A stretch of DNA of 59,438 nucleotides, counting the filler, from Dugesia japonica (taxonomy: Eukaryota): the NCBI GenBank assembly GCA_001938525.1. It is 6 parts of 6 records of this genome, joined end to end, with 100 filler letters (N's around TTAATTAATTAA, not from the genome) between each part and the next. Parts side by side here need not be neighbours in the genome. Positions count along the whole stretch, not along the records: positions 50,642 to 59,438 come from MQRL01210416.1; 5 more parts are not named here. The stretch is one strand, 5' to 3'. Below, in pieces: positions 51,590-59,438 of this stretch. The notes under the pieces are model-generated. The model did no database searches. It was not told the DNA's origin and was given only the letters and a program-made list of their open reading frames with translations. Within the stretch, counting starts at the first letter, position 1. Each line of letters starts with the position of its first letter. Made by a program: the position numbers and the translations under genes.

Positions 51590-53220
51590 TTTTATCAATT
51601 CTCATAAGATAAGTTTTAAGGAAACAAAATTCATTAATTGACTAAGATTTGACGTGGCAGAAAACACTCCTTCACTCTCCGTAGATGTCGGCTGAATAAA
51701 ACTAAGAGCATTTAATATTTATTTCTAAATTTGGTCTCATCTTACAGTCCGTTCGTAAAAAAACATTTCTTTTCTTAATATTTGGTTGAAGTTCATAGTA
51801 GAAGTAGTTGGAGTAGGTACACAATTTTTTTTTATTTTGATACTTCAAATGTATTTTGTAATTTTCTTTTTAATTCTACTTCTGTCTCTGTAGTTGAAAT
51901 TGAGTTCGATATAATATTGCTGATAGTAACAATTTCATTTTCATTATCATCATCATTATCATTTAAATTTTCATTTTCTCTTTCTAGTTCTACTGTTTCT
52001 ACATCCTGCTCCGTTTCATTTTCATCATAAAAATATTTGCGAAGAGTTCCTTTACTAATAGCTTTATGGTTATTTTGAAGTTGTTGGAAAGCTAACATTT
52101 ATAATAAGTGCTTGTGGACAAAAATTTGAATTTTGAAAATATTTAATTAATGAAATAAAATCCATATTTCTTCTTTTTATTACTCTTCTTTTGATTGCTT
52201 TAATAGTTCGTTAGAAATATTAGAATTATTTTCTTGGAAAGTATTATAAAGAAATTTTAATATTCCTTCACAAATTAAGAGATTATCATTGTGTCTTTCC
52301 AAAGCCTTAATCGCTAGCTTTATTGGTATTTATGCATCCACCAAATCAGGAATTGTTGTCATATAATCGTCGTTAAAATAATTTCTGTAATCTAAATCTC
52401 TTAAAGCTTTTTTAATACTAACGTATAGTTTGATAAATTGTTCTAGCATAACCACTTTGCTATCTCACCTAACTTTAAAGTCAAGTATTAAATTTAATTT
52501 TTTTCCATGTTGAAGTTTTACATTATTTTGTAACTATTTTGAACTATTTTCATTGTCAAAATTTCCTCTTCTTGATGTTTTCTTTTATTAATAATGTTGT
52601 ACAATGTTGTGCCACTAGTCGATGATCCTTTACAGCTGATTAGTTTTTCACATTTGTTGCATTTTGCATATTCATCGTTAACCTTTGAAAAATATTTCAA
52701 TACTTCAGCGAATTTCACTCTCTTTTCTTTTTTATTTTCATTAGAATTTTATTTCAAATATGGGGTTTATTAAACGAGAAAGTTGTTTGTAATTGTAATA
52801 TGAATATCCTATAATTTGAATATTAATCAATAACTTGCATATGAACAATGATTTTTAATAACTTACATGTAAGCTTCCATTGAAATTTGAAGTTTAAAAT
52901 GAATAAGGTATTTTTATTATTTGTAACTACATATATTGAAATGTAGCTACAATNCTACAATATTTAAACTGGTAAATATTGAATTGAAATTCTCAAGAGT
53001 AAAATGCAAAATGTTAATTATCATTTGTCAATAAAAAAATATCAAAGTCAGTGATGCCAATTTGTTTTTTATCAGAATTTTGTGCAAAAGTAGTAAATTT
53101 TACTTGAATTCTTGCCAATAAATGTTATCACAAAGAAAATTCCGTAAAAGATTTCTGAATTCCTGTGATTCGGGAAATGTAAAACTAAGTAGTTTCCCGG
53201 GAAATCCATGAGTAACACTA
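51590..53220 (-). mobile_element. hAT DNA transposon relic (internally deleted BED-finger transposase)
   Basis: BED finger VLKYFSK..AKCNKCEKLISCKGSSTSG; LNLILDFKVR*DS..ML; dimerisation motif IQPTSTESE-VFS. Possible end TAGTGTT with CCCGGGAA subterminal motif at 53195-53220. Confidence 0.8.
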
Positions 53221-55214
53221 ATTATTATATAGTTTTCTGAGTATACTATAGCTTTTTAGATACTCAACGATTTAAGGATACTCAATGATTTTCTAATATT
53301 TCATATCTTTTTAGAGTTTTCTATGGTTTCATGAATTGTATAGGGTTGGATTGGATACAATATTTTTATTGGATATGATAGGTTTAACTGGTTTATTAAG
53401 AGTTTCATAAAGAAAAATAGCAATGTAATATAAACTTGATTAACTCATACAATAAATTTATTACTTATTAACCTATTATACACATTTTTCATATTGCAAA
53501 TTTTCATAAATATACAGTATTTTCTTCAAAGTATAATCACGGTTTCATGTCAATAGACTGAAATTCATTAAAACATACTCATTTTCATAAACTCGTAACC
53601 AATCGTTTAAATTTAAGCAGTAATACACTATATTTAATACAACATACACTATTGACTTATACCAATAAAATATGCATTAAGTATAATTTATACGCTAATG
53701 TTATTAGGAACCTTATAAATTCCATTAATTTTATTCAAATTTTAATAAGTGTACACTAAAAAATATGTATACATTATAAAAATATAGGCAGAATCCATAA
53801 GTATATATTAAAGTACTATTATTATTACTAATGACCAAAACCAAAAGACTTAGAATCTTAAATCTTTTCGTAAATTTGAAATTCTCCTAGGACTTGTATA
53901 AATAATCACAATCGATTAATTAATTAATATAATNNNNNNNNNNNNNNNNNNNNNNNNNNNNNNNNNNNNNNNNNNNNNNNNNNNNNTTTTTTCCAATGCT
54001 TGTCGTCTGTCTTTGCTTAAAGTTACGATACCGTGAACGACATTTACAATATTCTCAAGTAAATCATCTCTAAAAATGATTGAAATGACTGTAACATTCT
54101 CATTCTCATAATGGCTGGAGATTTTATCAATGCTGTTAAAAACGGACGACTTCTTTCTAAATTCATTATTATTTAAATAAATACAATGAATTTTTATCAC
54201 TTTATTCATTTTCCAGTTGAAAGTGTTTTTCCATACATTTTCAATAGCATTTCAAATTAAACTTGTAACCATTTATATGTAAAGTTTAGTAAGCAATGAA
54301 TAAATTGTAACTACTTATGNGTNAATTACAATTATCTGTGTACGAATTGTGACACTTTGTGTGTAAATTTTCAATATCAATTGAACATTGAGGCAATAGT
54401 TAAAAGTTTTTTTGGATAACAGGATTTGATAAATTCATATAGATTTTCTAAAAATATTAATAAATCTTTAAGTAATTTGTTTAAAATGTATAAACCCACG
54501 ATTAAAATAGAGACTAATTTTTATTAAGATTTCATTAAAATAAAGAAAAAGCTTCGATCAAAATAAAATGTATTTATAAAGAAATTCAAGTTTTCGGCAC
54601 TTGTCTTCTTCAGGAATGATGACTTTTTGAAAGATTCAATCGATTTTATCGATATTTTATTGGTCTATTTAAATTATAAATTTTTTTAAAAAATAAATCT
54701 TAAAAATCCATTTTAATTACATTTAATTGAAAATATCTTAAATACTTTTTTTAAAAAATAAATTAATGCATTAAAGTATTATTAAAATATTTAGATACGT
54801 ATTTTATTAATATTAAAATTTTACAATATTAAAACTCTAGTTTTTTATTAAACTTTTTTAATTATTTTAATTATTGAAAATCTCGTTAATCTCAAGTTTC
54901 TCTTCTTTAATTAATATTCGTTTATGCTTTTTTTCTGTGAAGTGTAGAAATGTAGTCTGTTCCTAATATTTCAGTAAAGCTAATTAAATTTAAATTATTT
55001 CACTAAATTTCATAGAATGTAATAGGTTAAATAGATTTATAGTATTCATTAGGTATCCTCTATTGTCTTTGTTTGATAGAATTCAGCAGTTGTATTTACA
55101 TAGTAAAATCATGGTTATAGTAAAATAGTAGAAAACCAAGTATAATAATAAAGACCAATTTCATTAAGATTAATTAAATTTCAATTATTTTCTTTAATTT
55201 CTCTAAGTTTAATA

Positions 55215-55545
55215 AATTTCACAGAGTTTAGCAAGAAATACAGAAAGCCTGTGAATGCTGTTATTAAGTGGATAGAGTAAACAAATTGATACAGAAAACC
55301 GATCCGATTCAGTAAAATCCATATGTTACAGAAAACAAGTGTGTAAAGCCCATGTGATGAAATAAAACCCTCGAGTTGCAGTAAACCAATGTAACAAAGT
55401 AAACCTATGGGATACAGTAAAGACCGTGTTTTACAGTAAATACAATGTGTTTCAGTAAAATAATGGATAGAGTAAGCCAGTGTAGCACAGTAATGCCCAT
55501 ATTTTTCAATAAAACTCATATGTTTCAGTAAAACTAATGAATAAA
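55215..55545. repeat. Degenerate short-period tandem repeat
   Basis: Recurrent CAGTAAA / CAGAAAA / AGTAAAC units. Confidence 0.6.
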
Positions 55546-56099
55546 GTATGCAAACTAACACCACACATTATATTACTTCTGGTATTTTATCATAGTGTTT
55601 GATCGAATCAGTCAATTATAGTAAATTATTATATTTAATTTTAGACTGTTAATAGATTTCAAAGTCATTATGATCAACGAAAGATACAATATGATTTGAA
55701 ATAAATCTTGTAATATAAATCATATGTATGATTTTAGTATTATTTGAATGTAAATTGAGTTATTTCAATGTTTTAAAATTTTATAAAGATAATTTTATTA
55801 CTGAAAAAGCTTTACAATTACAAATAGAATTAATTTAAAATAATTTCAAAATTTGAATTTTACCTAATTATTTAATTATTATTTGTTATTATCCTTATAT
55901 TTTTTATTATGATCATTAATTAAATTCAAACCCTCACAACTCTCCATAGGTTTTTATTTATTATCACAATTGTTTGATTAAAGTTTAAAAAAGATGAAGA
56001 ATAATCAATAATATTTAAAAAAGTAATCTCAGAAATTTAAATTTCATTTTTAATTCATTAATATAAAATATTTAAAATATTTTGATTTTCTATTTAACA

Positions 56100-57312
56100 A
56101 AATACATGTAGCAATGCGATAGCATACACTATGAATCCTTTTCTTTCGAATTCGTGCATATTCTAGTTCAATGGCTGCTTTTAATTCATCGACTGTTTCA
56201 ATTATTGTAGCATAAACTCTGTCTTTTAGCTAACCTCATAAAAATAAGTCTAGTGTTGTGAGATCTGGTGAACGCGGAGGATATTCTACAAACCCCTTTC
56301 TGCCTATCCACTTGTTTGGTATGATCTCATCTAGGTACGCTCTGACATTTTGATTGTAGTGCGGCGGTGCCCCATCTTGTTGAAAATAAAATACCTTATC
56401 TTTAAAAGCTTTTCTAATGTTTTGCATGATAAACTGTTGCAACATGTTGAGATAAACGAGACCAGTCACAGGGGCGTCAAAAAAGAATGATTCAATTAAG
56501 TCTCTTGATGACATACCGCACTATGTGGGTATTCCTGATAAATTGACATGCTGCACAATAGTAATATGATGATTAACAAGTCCCCAATAAATGCAATTGT
56601 GGCGATTAACGAATCCATTTAATTTGAAATGAAGCCTAATCACTCCATATAATCTTTGTTGGAAAATTTGCCTCCTTGACGCACTGTGCCAAGTACCATT
56701 CGCAATACTCTACCCTTCGGTCCAAATCATCTTCATTAATGGCATGCATTAATCTTGGAATATAATTTTTNCAATGAAAGCGTTTCAAAAAGCGTTGAAC
56801 AGAAGCCTTTGATATACCAAACTCATGACTAGCTCAGATTTCCTTGGACTTCCGTAAAAAATTTCTTTTACTTTTTCTTCCTTCGTTGGGCTTGTTCCAT
56901 CAGCCTCAAATTTATCGCGAATACCGCTAGTAGTAAGCCGCGTTGGTGGATAAATTGTTTCCTATATTCTCTTTGTATTTGAGCTGCATTTTCAATGACA
57001 TTGTAAAATGAATTTTTTTTTCAAAGTTGAGCCTGTTTTCAATAATTATTGCTGTTAGTTGATCATGGAAAAAATACTAAATTAGATTTTTCAATGCGTA
57101 AAGTTGTACTCATAAAACTTACTTATTATTGAAATATTAAAATAAATGCTAAAATTAATTTAATCAAATTGATATTGTTAGCAAAAAGTATTAAAAATTG
57201 AAATTTTATTTATATTGCATCCTATTTCACTTTGAAAATAAAATAAACTTTAATAAACAATACTTATTATTATTATTATTTAAATGTGTATACATAGTTT
57301 TGAGACATCCTG
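56100..57312 (-). mobile_element. Tc1/mariner-superfamily DD41D (rosa/Visitor-like) transposon relic
   Basis: TA|CAGGATGTCTCAAAACTATGTATACAC TIR at 57312; [13 protein letters not shown]; [13 protein letters not shown]; QQDGAPPHY..YPPRSPDLTTLD with 41 residues between the second and third Asp (hand count); stops and frameshifts. Confidence 0.85.
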
Positions 57313-59438
57313 TATGTTCAGTTTTGAGTTCAAGCATATTAAATTTGTTTGATTAACATAAGTTTTCCAGAGTAAATAATTTATTTCATTCAAGTTGAGA
57401 CATAGTACCCGGTAATTATTTTAGGTATTTGATAACAAATATGACATTAATAAATATCAATTGTTATCAAATACCAAAAACAAAACAAAAATTTTGATCA
57501 AAGCTTTATTTTAAATGAATTATGTTAAACGATTAATGGTTATGTCCAACACTTATTCTCGCAATAATTGCAATTTTAAAAGTATATACAAGGCAATATT
57601 TGAGAAAACCAAAGCTAATATGTAATAAATCACCTCAAATCCGGAATATAATAAAATGTGATGTAATAAATATTGTGTAATAACTTAATTTATTGTAAAT
57701 TTTTCTCCATAAGAACAAATAAAACAATAACTGATTGAGTTTTTTGAAATTGTCAGTCAAATTTAATTACTTACTATGGTATTCAATAAATTTTCATTAC
57801 AGATTTCTCGTTAAAAATCTAAATCTCCTTTAGCTTCAGTATTGATGATCAAAGCTACATTATTATTTCTAATAAACTAAATTACTTACCTTCAAATTTT
57901 CAAAAGCAAAATAGTTAATATTAATCATCTAATCCCGTATCAATCATTTGCTAAATGAAATGAAATAAATGTCATCCCTTGACGAAATGAAAAAATAGGA
58001 ATACAATGATAACTGCTTAAACAAATAATTAAATGATAATTTTGTATTTTAAAGAAATGAAATTAAAAACGAAAAATTAAAATTAAATAAATTTTATTTA
58101 CTATAAAAAATTTTACATGAAAATTAAACTAAAAAAAATTATTATCAAAATAAAAACTAGAATTCAAGTCTCATAATTAATGAAATATATTTTAATTAAA
58201 AAACTTTATTACTAAACCTATCTAATTGAATATTTTTTTTCACAATTAAATTAATTAATGCGTTGATTAATGATGCTGTACCATTTTAACGTCAAAATCT
58301 TCGATTTCCAGCCTGATAAGTCAGTGCTAAAATAATTATTCTAATGACATTTATTTGTTTAAATGGGTCATATTAAATTAATATATTAACCGGAACAAAA
58401 TCAGTAATAGAAATTCATACACAGAAACATCTGGGGTCACTTAAAATTTCAACCATGAAAAGACCGAGTGAATGATAATAACAATAATAAAAGAATAAAG
58501 TTGCACAAAATACAATTGATTAAAGTGTAATTATATTATTTAACGTAAGTTATTAATAAATATTGCTTGTAAGTAAATATTGTTTTATTCCGGATTTCTA
58601 AAAATAAGTTGTCTCCATTTAAAAATTAAAGTTGATATCAACAAATTAGAAATATATTTTGTTTACAAAAAAAACCATTATTAAAAAAGATTATCTTAAA
58701 TAAAATTTTAAAATGCACGCATTTCGTAGTATTTCTTTTGATTCAGTTGCATGTTTAATTCGAAGAATTTATTCTTCATTCTTAAAAGTATTGCATTTCT
58801 AAATCACTTATCACCTTTAAACTTGATTTTCTTTATATTTTCATATTTTACATCCACTTTTTTGACAAACTATTTGACAGTAACGATGAGAAGGTCTTCA
58901 TTTCTCGCTTACATGCTCTGACCACGATCACCAATATTTTACGATGTTTTCTTACTTATTATCAACTTATAATAATCAAAGGTTTTCAGTATGTATACTA
59001 ATCACAGTTAGTTTTAACATTAATACATTATTATCAAATTATTTTTTGTTTACAACCTCAAAATTAATTTCAGAGAGTTTCTCTGTTAAAGTTTTAAATA
59101 TTTCATTTTATGACTTCTGTAAATATTTTAAAGATAAGATTTATGACAATGNCACCCTCTCCACAATGGCACCTACCTTTGAAGTCCCTCATAAGCCGGT
59201 CATGCAATATTTATCGTCAACCAATAAAAATGATTGATTCTAATACCGGTACAATTAATTCGTAATTTTTAAAGTCAGTACAACTTTAAATCTTCACGAA
59301 TCCTCATTTTTCCATTATTAATTTAGATTTATATAATATTGCTTATCAATTGGTCGCTGTTTACTTTACGATATTCGGAAATAATATTTACATTTTATAA
59401 ATTTTGATCATCATCATCATCGTCATCATCAATTTTTT

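Noticed and set aside
55181-55564. 127-aa hydrophobic ORF
   Set aside because: Coincides with a degenerate tandem repeat; probably spurious. The same applies to ORF 7279..7479.
58260-59260. Coding-like patches near the window end (also 53916..54209)
   Set aside because: No recognisable motif or consistent exon structure; possibly decayed TE sequence.

Overview
Very AT-rich eukaryotic, most likely invertebrate, draft-genome sequence with GT-AG introns, one only 51 nt long. The window is not contiguous. Five identical 100-nt artificial spacers (N44-TTAATTAATTAA-N44) join six scaffolds: 1-10189, 10290-19480, 19581-28882, 28983-38448, 38549-50541 and 50642-59438. Host genes: a 3-exon ARM-TIR-SAM gene retaining the TIR catalytic Glu, a large low-complexity nuclear-type protein gene with a 5.5-kb exon, and the last exon of DNAJC27/RBJ. 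The rest is mostly decayed mobile DNA: three Ty3/Gypsy elements, a Polinton/adintovirus-like relic (pPolB, small Polinton-type ORF, AG-terminated repeat), and mariner, DD41D and hAT relics. Two things stand out. (1) A Gypsy element has a chuvirus/gB-like fusion glycoprotein upstream of, and in one ORF with, the protease (env-PR-RT-RH-IN), with no gag between the PBS and env. (2) A 3.6-kb TG...CA element with a 4-bp TSD sits inside a Gypsy integrase and carries small unknown co-oriented ORFs, two of them with a splice acceptor just before the ATG; a diverged, collinear copy on another scaffold conserves both proteins and both acceptors. All family assignments are by motif recognition, without database searches.
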